A stretch of 64,000 nt of DNA from the NCBI RefSeq assembly GCF_000150275.1, contig NW_002060943.1, forward strand, positions 7,246,299-7,310,298, read 5' to 3'. The position numbers and the translations under genes are program-made. The DNA is from Trichoplax adhaerens (Eukaryota; Animalia; Placozoa). Positions within the stretch are counted from its first letter, which is position 1. The number at the start of each line of letters is the position of its first letter. Shown here one piece after another: positions 37,201 through 48,999 of the stretch. The notes under the pieces are model-generated. The model saw only the letters and a program-made list of their open reading frames with translations, had not been told where the DNA came from and made no database searches.

Positions 37201-39970
37201 TTTACTTAACAAAATCATAATTTAGAAATTTTGTATCTCATACTTATTGATAGTATATTATCCATATAGAATTTAACATTAATTAGAGTGATGATTAGCA
37301 AAGTACTAGGAAATTGATTGAGATAGATATAAAGATATTCCGTAGATAGTAAGAATTCAAGTAGAGTGAAGTGATTGATTACATATTTATTGATAGACTA
37401 CTATAGATATGTAGACATCAATGTAACAGGAACTTTGAGTTAGAATAATACAGAGCTAGAGTTAATAGGCTAATCTGGGCATACAATTTCAGATACAACA
37501 GAAATTTAGAGTCCGAATTATGGAAACTTATAGATAAATAATTCAGAATTCATATTTCATCCATACAAAATGTAGGATGGATAGCAATGATCCAAGAATC
37601 ATTCATTAGCATCATCTTTAGTAAAAGGACTCTATGAGAATTAGAAAGAGTAGAAAAGACTCCCTTTCAGATTTTCTGTCGATATCTACTAAATATCAAT
37701 TTGACTTTCCAATAATAAATTACTTCTTATTTCATATATAGAACCGTCATTTAATTGTCTTCAAAAAACAACTATGGAAGTACTAGATACAAAAGACGAA
37801 TATTACGTCGACATATTTTGCAGCGTAGAAGGAGCTCCGCACTCACATGTCCAATTTCTATGGTTTTCTGAACACGGAATTATTGCGACAGACTCAGAGG
37901 GTGAATGTAGTTATTCTAACGGATTGAACATAACTAGGAGATTGCGGATTAGTCGAAAGAGAGCAGAAAGGCTAAAAATGATTTATTGTAATGTTACCAA
38001 TTCTTTAATAAAGAACCGCTCATGCCTCTATGAGGCCTATATTAGTCCAATACCTGATTATAGTAAGCATACTTCATTTTAATAATAGAATAGCGGATAG
38101 AATAGATCTAATATAGGAGCTTACAATATTGCTATTCTTTACATAGTATCTTTTCTTAATTTTTTAGCTTGGAGTTTCATCGTGAGTATCATCTTAGGCT
38201 CCGCAATATTATCTGTCATCAGTGTTAGCATATATCTAAAAGCAACAGAAAATCGAAATCTAATATCTATGCTAGAGACCTATATCTATATAAAAAAAAC
38301 GAACGGTTAGTTAAGATTATAAAGGACATTTTATGAAGATTTATACGGATCTAATGTTATTTAGCACACTACACTTTTTGTCAATAATTTCGATAACCAT
38401 ATCTACTAATTAATAAAATATGCCAATAGAATGAAAGCTAGGATAAAGATATTTAGTAACTTTTATAAATGCTGAAGTTATACTCTTATAGGTTGCTCGT
38501 TATTATGTAAATAGCTTATACCAACAATATAGGATAAATAACAGCTTACGGATATTGATGTTGTAACCGCTATACCCACCTAATTTATTTTGCTTACCTC
38601 GATATTTGCGTTAATAGCGCCTGTACTATATCGTTATAAAGTACGCCATATCAAAACTAACTAATAGTAAAGGAAGCGAACTCTATTCTACGCAGATTAG
38701 AAAAAAATTACAATGGAAACTAGGATATAATTATATGTATTATATCGTTGTAAAATATACAGTAGTAGATCCTTCTAAAATAATCAAAAGGATCATAAAG
38801 GTACACTCTTTATAGATAGAACTGTAATTGAAATGAATTAAAATTATGAATTTAACATCGCATCATTACTTCAACGCTATATCTATATCAAAAATCACAA
38901 GAAATAAAATTGCAATGAATTCAAATTAGGGGTTACAAGAATTGAAAGTATACTTTACTTTAGTAAAATATTATCAATTGAAATTAGGTGTTTATGTCAC
39001 ACTGTTGGGATGTATAAATGCACAGTTTCTATATTATAAAGCTAAAGTAAATGAATTTTCTATTATGTTGTTGATGAAATTACAGAAAAAGGAGATTACA
39101 AATTTAAAATATAGCCATAAATCTAGATATTACACTATATGTGTTATATTTTTTCTAGAAGGAAGGGGAAGTTACATTAAAGTTTATCTTAAATCATTAG
39201 CTATTATTATGAATTAGTTTATGTTAAAGCATATCTTAAGCTATTCTTATAAATTTACGTTATTTCTATACTTCTAGATATTACATATGTTATTTTCTGC
39301 TTGATTTATATTAGAATATATCTTCAGTTATCAACTATTCTTACAAGGTTACATTATATCCATAGTTCTAGATAATATATATGGCTTTTTTTATTGGTCT
39401 GTATTAAATTATCAACTATTCTTATAAATTTACGTTATATTCATAGTTCTAGATACCATATGCACTGTATGTTTTTATTTATATTAGAATAAATCTTTAA
39501 CCATTAACTATTATTTTTTTATTGTCATAACAGTATTGTTGATACAATCACAACCATTCATAACAGAAGATATGGAAAAATTCTGCCAAGCGATTACTAC
39601 AAAACACAATGTCAACGTTCTTAGGGCCATCCCTACTCAGTGGATTGATATGAAAACCATTCGAGAAAGCTTGACAAGATTCAAAGTTATTATATGCGTC
39701 ATAAGTGAAGCAACTAAATCGAATACAGTACAAAAAAGATTTCAATTCAAGGATTGGGTTTGTAATATTATTAAAGGTTGTCTGGAAATAAGTAACGATG
39801 ATATACCGCCCCTATTTATAATCATGAATGATAAATTGAATCAAGATGAATATGAAGATGATATCAATACTTTGGAGTACATTACTTGCAACGATAAATT
39901 AACAGAAGAGCAAAGAGAACGACTAGAAGAAAGCTTTTCTCGATTTTATGACAAAGACTGGACGATTTAG
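34224..39970 (+). CDS. Ig-Ig-TM-TIR/SEFIR-like receptor, paralog 2 (compact cytoplasmic domain)
   Basis: Same five-exon phase-1 structure: 34224-34290 signal peptide MNYYRILAGWFILFMNSSFIHT (least certain); 35875-36312 Ig (YIRC...CWFRNG...FHLIIRNVTEKDAGYY); 37742-38062 Ig (IFCSVEGAP..FLW..IYCNVTN); 38168-38305 TM (WSFIVSIILGSAILSVISVSIYL); 39534-39970 TIR-like domain. Confidence 0.8.
34490..35530. repeat. Degenerate tandem array, ~7 x 135-150 bp, in intron 1 of paralog 2
   Basis: aaagtaatccttcta...atcagcttgtatctt...aaaataaaat recurs at ~34648, 34784, 34934, 35078, 35225 and 35372. Confidence 0.85.
36730..37200. repeat. Two-copy ~300 bp-period duplication in intron 2 of paralog 2
   Basis: taggta.aa.c.ttctacatg...cataagaa...atctagct..atttcaaataga...catactaag.attacagttaaat at ~36734 and ~37033. 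Confidence 0.75.
39215..39510. repeat. Tandem array, 3-4 x ~85-95 bp, just before the TIR exon of paralog 2
   Basis: ctattcttataaatttacgttat...ttctagata recurs at ~39241, 39335 and 39415. Confidence 0.75.
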
Positions 39971-41423
39971 ACATGCGATTAATTGAAGTTAATACGATAA
40001 ATAAATGAAATAGAACTATTCTTAATACAGTCTGTATGATTTACAAGATGATGTTTTTGCTGGTATTTGTAAGGTGTTTAGCTGAATTATTTCCATTCTT
40101 TTAATCAATATATTTATAAATTATACTAATATAAAATGATGAAACTATAGTTGGTGAATACTCTAGAGCTCTATTAATGGTAATCATCAGGTTTCGTTAT
40201 CTAAACGATCATCATCATGCGCAATAAATATGCGATGATTAGATTAACATTATTTAAATGGATGCCTAATTGTTTGATTGCAAGAAATTTTTGATCGATA
40301 AATAAAGCTCATTATAGATTCCAAGGTGAAATTTGAAATAGCATTTATTTTCAGTCCTGCTACATGTAAAACTAATGTAGTAGTCCATGGGGGTATACTG
40401 TATAGTATTGCGATATTTTGTTGAAATTAGCATTCAATTTCAACAAAACATTAAATACAAGGTGAAAATTTAGGGATATAGCTCCTGAATAACATAGTCG
40501 TGATGTTACATAATATTATATACTCGTATATTTCATTAAACGATAACTGCATTAGCATCAGTGTTATGTAGCATTAAACTTATTGATTATTATTAACTTC
40601 GGCTTAAAGACTTTCTTTCATAAACTATTTTTACCGCCTAATAAGAAATATGGTAAAAATGAAATTTCTTATCGAAATGCTGCAGAATGAGTAGTCGCAA
40701 ATCGTCAATTTTCTCCAACCCATTTCTTCCTAATCTTGCCTTCCTTACTTATTAGGCTCATAAGCGGATATCCACTTTCCGGATGTCCGGTGCTATAGTA
40801 AAGTCCGTGACGACTAATTAGAAAACTAGAAATGGCCCTTGTCTTAAACACTTGTTCATTTTACAGTAGTTAACCCCAACAAAGGTAGCCATTTATGACA
40901 TAGTATATGAACAGCAATGCTAATGTAATATAGAATAACTCAAGCGTCACGTAGCCTATCAAGATAACCTCCCATCTACAGCGATCTCGTTTACGACTAG
41001 CTTTATCAAGCATCAAGATTAGTAATCAAGATATCCATTAGCTCGAGACATTATCGAGTACTTGGTAGAGATTATCCAATTGTAGCTTCCAAAAAACAGA
41101 TCCTCAATTGACTTTGGAGACATAATAATCATCCTTGTTTATAGAATAATAATTCAAATTATCTTTCATGAATTAACTTGATCACCAGTTTACGCTGCTA
41201 TCGGATCATATTCTTACTGTATGTAAACTTTGTGTTGATTTATCTGATTGTATTGTGATTAGATATGCATTGTAGCTAGATTAGCTCATTAGATGCCTAT
41301 AGTTTACTCGTATTCAGACAGTTCAACAGATTGGTTACTGAAGTAATTGCTCTCATTATTCATCTTGATAGAAATCCAAGTTACACTTTATCTCAGTATA
41401 GAAGATAATACTATTCATATCCA

Positions 41424-43674
41424 ATGGCTGCAAAAACGGTTCCGACAGTTACTACAAGGTATTCTACTACGTATACGAATCGTAGCCAGTAATAGTAACC
41501 GTGCGAGTTTTCTAATCTTCTATTAACTGATTAAATTATTATAATAAATAATCATAATAGCTGCATGAATATACTGCTTATTATATTCTCTAGAGTCATA
41601 GAAGTAAGGTACAAAACTGCTGACAGAATTGATTTGTTACTACTCTATAAAATATGATTTACAACGTCCATGCCATTTTATTTAGTTGTATTCTATCTAG
41701 AGATAGTAGAGCACCTAACTGTTAGTAGAATAGATTTGTTTCTAATCTATTAAACATGTATTATAACGCCAGTGGTAATTTATTTTACTATAGCGTATAT
41801 TTCTGGAGATAGTAAAGCAATTCACTATTGACAGAATAGATTTGCTTCTAATCTATTAAACATGATTTATAGCGCCGATGGTATTTTGTTTTACTGTATA
41901 TTATCTAAGGATAATAAAGCATCTAACTGTTGATAGAGTTGATTTGTTTCTAATCAATTAAATTAAACATGATTTATAACGGCAGTGGCACTGTACACGG
42001 ATATTATCTAGAGATAGTAAAGCATCTAACTGTTGAGAAAATTGATTTCTAATCTATCAAACATGAGTTATAATGCCGTTGGTACTTTATTTTCCTCTAC
42101 ATTATAATTATCTAAATATAGTAAAGCATCTAACTGTTGACCGAATTGATCTGTTTCTGATCTATACTTTATTTACCGACTGCGTTGATTTAAATTCGGG
42201 TAGATCGATTAAGAATTCATCGACTGGTATCGATATGCATGTCCTAGATGCAGTCACAACACACTCTAATGGGTCGATTCTATATCAAATTGTTGTCGTA
42301 ACCAACCTTGCAGAACATAAAGGTTCCAACTTCATACAGGACGATGTTGTGCATTTTGTGGTATGAATTTCAAAGTTATACATACTGCGATAATGATGGC
42401 ACACGGTGACAACATTATTGTAACTTACTGTTCATTTTAAAACCTTGTTGTCCATATGAGTAATAGTCCTATTGCTAGCAAACGTAAAATCTGACTAGTG
42501 TTGCTGAATCTACGGAATATCGGTCCACAATTTTATTATTTTAAAAACTGCATCTGTATCGTTGATACTGACAAGCTTATTAATTAAGAATAATTCTACG
42601 TACGGTATAATCTTATAGGGTTTTATTTATATCTAGGTAAAGCATGATTACGGTGCTTTCGAAGGATTTTATAGCAAATTATCAGAAAGTTACCCCGCAT
42701 CGATACTACCTCCGTTACCAGGGAAAGCATTCATAGCAACTGAAAGCACTATCAAAAAGCGAAAAAGAATGCTAAACGCGTTGATGGAGTTTATTGCATC
42801 CTCATCCAAATTATCCAACTGTGAAATCGTTCAACAATTTTTAGGTGTCAAAGACAAACGTCAGACAGTGGCTACAAGTCGACCCGTGGATGCAACTGAT
42901 AATCATCCATTAAGTCAAAATTTTGAAGCTGATGATAATAAGTATGGCGTATAAAGCTGTCATAAGAACAAATAGACTGCATTAGTTATCGTGGTGCAAG
43001 CGCAGAAAATCGTCCTTGTCGCTAAAATAATCCCATTAATTGATTGATATTGTATACTTTAAGGACCGAGATCAAAGAAGATTCAGACGAAAACAAGCGC
43101 GACGACGACAACGATGATCTATTCGGCAGTAGTAGCACTAAGATAAGATCTGGTGGTAATTTTTCGGTCGATAAAGGGCAAGATACAAACTTTGGTAATT
43201 ACGATACAAGAAAAGATACAGGAGATCTATTTGCACCAACATCTGAACATTCAGAGCAGGCACAAGACCAATCAGAAGAAACAACAGTTGTTTTAGAGTA
43301 AGTCTTAAAATGGGCTAGAGTGCTATTTACGCCCTATTTTCAAAAAGTTGATACCAATTTATTCTCTTCAATAATATACGTAATAATATATCTTCATAAT
43401 CACTTGCTATATATTTTCTGCTTTATTTATCGGATTTAGTTTAGGTAATGACGATTTGGATGATTTGATGAAACAAATAGATGACGGTAACAGTAATAAA
43501 CCTAAGCCTAAGCCAAAACCTAAGCCTAAACCAAAACCGAGACCCACGGCCGTAAATCAAGCAAATGTCAATCAAATTGATAACATTGGTGATAGTTTGC
43601 ATAATATAGATATTTCTGATGTTAGTAAGTATATTCAAGATAATTCTGCTGATGATGACGTTAGCTTATTTTAA
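41424..43674 (+). CDS. HS1BP3: HCLS1-binding protein 3 homologue (PX domain)
   Basis: Exon 41424-41458 MAAKTVPTVTTR, then SIKNSSTGIDMHV...YQIVVVTNL...DDVVHFV|VKHDY..FEGFYSKLSESYPASILPPLPGK (PX domain), acidic DLF motifs, a (KP)n run and C-terminal YIQD...SLF*, all like HS1BP3. Confidence 0.85.
41590..42165. repeat. Tandem array, 6 x ~103 bp, in HS1BP3 intron 1
   Basis: gagatagtaaagcatctaactgttga.agaattgatttgtttctaatctattaaacatgatttataacg recurs at ~41591, 41698, 41806, 41906, 42009 and 42111. Confidence 0.9.
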
Positions 43675-43735
43675 ACTTCCGAAAAAGTGACGATAGTACA
43701 GATTGGATTCATTCTTTTTATAACAATGAATTGAT

Positions 43736-46560
43736 TTAAGTTCTAAGATTGCCTTTAGGTGAATGACTAGTATTAAATAAGTGTCTGATAAAATAGACCT
43801 GTACAATAGCTACAGAAATCATAACGAAACATTCACATAGAGACCACATTTGTACTCTAAAGTTATTGCCTTCAGCAATATTTCTGTGGCGAGCCTCCTT
43901 GGCGGTAGAAGCACTAAGCATTTTTTGTACCATTTGAAGATGTTCTGATGTCGTTCGTAGAAAATCCTGCAATTTACGATATCAATATCATTTTGTTAAG
44001 TAATTTTATATTATGAAAATTCGAAACGTTTAAAATATTGATTATAGTTTATGATTCTATCTATTCAGTTAATTAATCAGATTATAAGATATGCGAGCCA
44101 TCTGTTTACTATAAAATTAGCATGTCAGTCAAATAGAGATAGAGTATAGCAATTACCTCAATCTTTTCAATGTTTGAATCATCATCTTGTAAACCTGTCG
44201 TTTTCATATTCCAAGATTTATCTTGAGTAGGATTGAGGTAAAAATAAAGCGTCTTTGAAGAGATCTTACTGAAGGCATTACTAAAGCAAAACTCGTAGTC
44301 TCCACTTTCAGTTGCTTTCATTTCGTGATATCCTTCTGATCGCCTGGTTTCGGAAACGATGATTGTCTTTCCGGGAGAAATGATGTAAAAGTCGACATCT
44401 AGCTCTCCACCTCCACCGGTTACCTAATAAGAGAGTAATATCGGCATTAAGTACTTTTGCATGTGCCATAGCCTATGCTTAGTTCTAATAATTAATTAAT
44501 TATCGACCATATCAATCAACTGTAGTTAATGTTGAGAGAAGTTTTAAATCAATACTCTAGTAGTTATAATTCATTGTAATTACATATTACAGCCAAAGGT
44601 TGTCCTATATTTCAACTAGATTAATTACCTATTAACTAGTAACAGTCTAGCTTGCATTGTGTACACTGAACCCTTGCTATTGACAACATCTTGTACGATA
44701 CATTACAATACGGGGCTTGCACAGAAAGGTTCACACTGCACAGTGTGAGAACTGCATAAATTGTAGGTTATTACAATATTTGTCTACTCTACTTTGTAAC
44801 TAACTCTACTATGCAAAGCTACGACTACTGCAGTACATTTCAAGTTAAGCGGATAGATAATATAGCGGTTTGGTGATTTCATCAACTGTTTTTTTGTACT
44901 TATAAATTATATATTATTATAGTGCTTTCAATCCAGTACTATCATGCATATCATCCCTATTTTTACAAGTCATGAAATAGCTCAATATCCAAGATAGATG
45001 ACTTGTCCCCACATAAATGATCTCCTGCATCGGGTCTTGCGCTCAAATAAAATTGACCACTAACTTGATGCAATTGTTTTCAACGATGGACATTAACCTC
45101 AAGGTGGACGATTATTCTCTACATAAACTATCTCCTGTATCGCGCTTAAATGAAATTGACCACCAATTGGATGTAATTGTTTTGGTTAAAAAGCCATTAG
45201 GATAGACGATTGCTCCCTACAACTCGTAAGTGTATGTTAATCACTTATATGGTAGAATTGTGCATGATCCCTTCCATTGCCCTTGTTGAAGTTATAGACG
45301 CAATTTGTAGAACATTTAAAAAAGACAATAGACAATAGGTACAGTACATTATAAGGGTCTCCCCTGTAGTGATTATATAATATTCGTACAGTATACCAAT
45401 TGAGACTGTATCTTAGATTGACTTTAAAATGTATAAATTTATGTAATATGATGTAAAAAGAAGAGACTGATCGCGAATAGGAGCTGATAGTGGATTAGGG
45501 TCCTAATTCCAGTATCAGTAGTAATAAAGTACATAGTAAATTGTAGTAGACTGTCAACCTGGATATTTAACGAATGGTGACTCCATTTTATCCCAACGTG
45601 GAGTTATCAAATCCATACCAACCTCTTATTAACAGATCCTAAATTTGGGCATAGGTATGAACTGGTGGATGCTTCTTTTTCACAAAAAATGACATTAAAT
45701 TGGAGGTCCATTTCATTTGAGTACAATTTATCTAGAGAGCAATCATCTGCCTTGATGCTCCTAGATCGGAAAACAATTGCATCAAGTAAGTTGGTGGTCC
45801 ACTTCATTAGAGCACAATACCCGATGCTGGAGATTCTTTACGTAGGGAGCAATCATCTACCTGAATACCCCCCCGATTTTGCAAAAAAAATTATATCAAG
45901 TTGGGTGGTCCATTTCATTTGAGCACAAATATCCAAGAGATAGTTTGATGCAGGGAGGAATCGTCTACCTTGATGGTGTTTGATCGAAAAACACATCAAG
46001 TTGGTGATCGGAGGACAATACCCGATGTAGGAAATACTTTATACTCATACGCATTACTTTATGTAAGGAGCAATCATCTACTTTAATGGCCCCTTTTGCA
46101 AAACAACTACAACAAGTTGGCGGTCCATTGCATTGGAGAATACCGTCTAGGAGGAGATAGTTTATGATATGTTATAGAGGGAGCAATCATCGTCTACTTT
46201 GATGCTCCTTAATCGGAAAACAATTGCATCAAGTTGGCGATCCATTTCATTCGAGCACAATACCCAATATAGAAAATACGTTATACTAGTACTAATTCAA
46301 TTTGTGTTTGATCACAGTAAGTGGATTAGTTTAACCTGGATGTCGGCCATGGCCGAATAGAATGAATCATCGATTACTGTAGACACTATTGCATTTCTTA
46401 CCTGGTATTCAGCATAAAAGGTCGAGTTACTATGGATATTCTCGAAATAGCAGTCCGTCACTCCGGCATCGAGCTGGACAGTCATATAATTTTCGCCTAC
46501 ACTATTGCAAATACAGTACAGTAAAATCAATACAGTAAGCCTATAAAATGATGCAGCCAT
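43736..46560 (-). CDS. p24/TMED cargo receptor (GOLD domain, gamma-like, TMED1/5-like), 3 exons
   Basis: Signal MAASFYRLTVLILLYCICNSVG; TVQLDAGVTDCYFE...EYQ|VTGGGGELDVDF..ISPG...GDYEFCFSNAFSKISSKTLYF; coiled coil EARHRNIAEGNNFRVQMWS; TM; QVYFIRHLF tail. Exons ~46560-46402, ~44423-44157 and ~43967-43736. Confidence 0.92.
45010..46290. repeat. ~105-120 bp unit present as two copies in one orientation (45010-45222) and ~6 copies in the opposite orientation (45660-46290), in TMED intron 1
   Basis: gagcaatcatctacc...aaaacaattgcatcaagttggtggtccatttcatt.gagcacaatacccgatg on +; its reverse complement catcgggtcttgcgctcaaat..ttgaccac..acttgatgcaattgtttt at ~45030 and ~45140. Confidence 0.85.
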
Positions 46561-48999
46561 TTTCTCTCTCTCTCTTGACGTCGATAATGATGGATTTAAA
46601 CTTGATCGAAGGACATTTCTATCCACTATAAGTAAGTAAAATAAGCAATATCAATCTTCGACGCAGTCGACGTAGGCAACACTGGAATGGCTGCTACAAC
46701 ACGCCAAGTCTGATGGCCTACAATGACCTAGACTGCAGCAGCCGCCGTCGAATGAGTACAATAGGTTGACTATTGTCTTCTTCTGCAGGGTTTGAGCACG
46801 CGTAGTTGGTGTATTGACACGTTTCCATCAGGGAGAAATGGTGAAGGAATGCAATGGAGGAGCTTATCCAACGGGAGTACGCATCTCTGTTAAATGAGCA
46901 CATTATCGTAAACCGTCAGTAAAGCGACGGGAGTTTGCACTAGTATCGTCTAAAAGCTGTTGTAAACACTTCTCTTCATTCTAGCCTTAATATGCAGATG
47001 CTCCATTCCGTAATGGACTTATATTTCTAAACTATTTCATTGAAACTTATTCTACTTTTGTCACTTACATCAAGTCATCAATGCTTTTGAATTCCTAGTA
47101 CCCCTACTAACACTATCACTCTTTTTCAACATTTTGCTTCTTATTTGGTCTGAGATCTCCGTCCATCCGAGACCAGATACTGAGTGAGTAAGTGTACACT
47201 GTACAGTGGATTACTCATACTGTACACTATACAGTACAGTGTACTGTACAGGTCAGTGAGTATTGAGTTAACGTCCCTTTTTCTTTCCTTTTTAGATAGA
47301 AATTCACCAATCCTTCACTGTACTGTACTGTATTTTGTTTTCAGAATCGTGTTCATCAATGAAAAAAATTCAAGTGTATTCACTGTACTCTACTGTATTT
47401 TATTTTCAGAATCGTGCTCATCCATGAAACAGTCTCAAACAGACTTGAAGAAGTCATAGTCCTATCAAAATAGGATATTTATAGCCCCTCTCTTCCTTGT
47501 TAGTGCAGCAGTCCATCATGCATGCCTAATGAAAACACTAGCACACATCCGCAGACGCCATAAAATCCATCACCAAAAAATGAACTAATCTACCATAGAC
47601 TAACGTGAACGTGAATGTACCTTAAGGTTAATAATGGACGCATACAATCGTATTAAATGGTCAATCCATGACACACAGTATTTCGCATGGAAAGTAATAA
47701 GATTGATTTACCCCTGTCAGATTAGTGGACTAGTATTAAATTGAGCTAATAATCATGGAACCAACAATTCTGAACAGTAAGCGACACCATCGAAGGGGGG
47801 AAATGACTTGAATCACAAAATAAATTTTCAATTTATTACCAAAGTAATCGTAAACACAAGATCTTATCATTAGTTATGCATCCTGGAAGCGGCACGGCAC
47901 ATGCTTATGGCGCGCCATCGACTAGTGTTAAGTAAAGTTAGATTCTCCATTTTATGCATCTTGTAGAGCTGGTAATAATTGATATCAGTGTTATTAGAAA
48001 TGGACAATAAATAATGTGCATTTGATTCGATTGTAGCTTATCCCTTGTTGAACTAAGACAGTCTCTACAAGTGACAGCTCTAGCAAAAACTTACACATAG
48101 CACATCCAATCCTGAACGAATCTGAACGGCAATCAAAAATAAACATGAAAGAATCATCAATACAGTTACTGCTTAGGGAGGTGAAGAAGACTCCGCTTAT
48201 GGGTTAAATACCTGTTGTGCTAGTTGAAAATGCTACAACCTCGTGGATTATCACTTCTGCGTGAATGTCTAGAGTCAATTTAGATAAGGTATTATAATTG
48301 ACATGGACTTTGGAACATAAATATTATAGTAGGATAAGGCCCGCTGTGCCAGGATAGATATTTGTGACACAGAGGTAAATAACCTAGCTATAGAAGTAGA
48401 TTCGAGAATGGCTAGATCGATTGAGACAGACCTACAAGCATAAAGGAAAATAAGACAGAATAGAAACCCATTGCAAGTCGGACAAGATAGTAGCAACGAA
48501 ATAATTTTAACCCAATCCATTGAACGTGGAGAAATAAATTCCATTCACTAAATTATCCAAAGATAATCTAGATTATGGCTAAGTTTGAATTTGACCAGTC
48601 AAGTAAGATCATGCTTCGTTTCAGTAGTCCAGTTTTAGTCAGATTCAATCAGAAGGGGAAAAATGGAAGGAGTTTGATATATTGCCCTCTTTTGAGTAAT
48701 CTGTATAAAATGGGCTACTATTTTACAGTATACACTAATAAGGTATGATTTCAGTCAGTATACCTTCCGAAGTCTTTTGAACTATCATTTTCGGCATTAT
48801 TTTAACAGAAGCTTATTAATATCTTATAACGGACTAATTATTAAAAATTTTTAAAGCAAGAAATTCGCTTTTTATTAATAATTTTTTCAAATATTAGAAG
48901 CGTGAATTAGTCCATTCAGTATTATTATTGATCACTTATCATTTCAGTTTGAAAATAAATTCTACCCTGATATTCTAAAACTAGTGACTGTTGAACGTA

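Noticed and set aside
46640-48999. Searched for an AZIN/ODC-type polyamine-sensing uORF ending in PPW/PS*
   Set aside because: Several short uORF-like stretches exist but none carries the motif, and leader exons cannot be defined without transcripts
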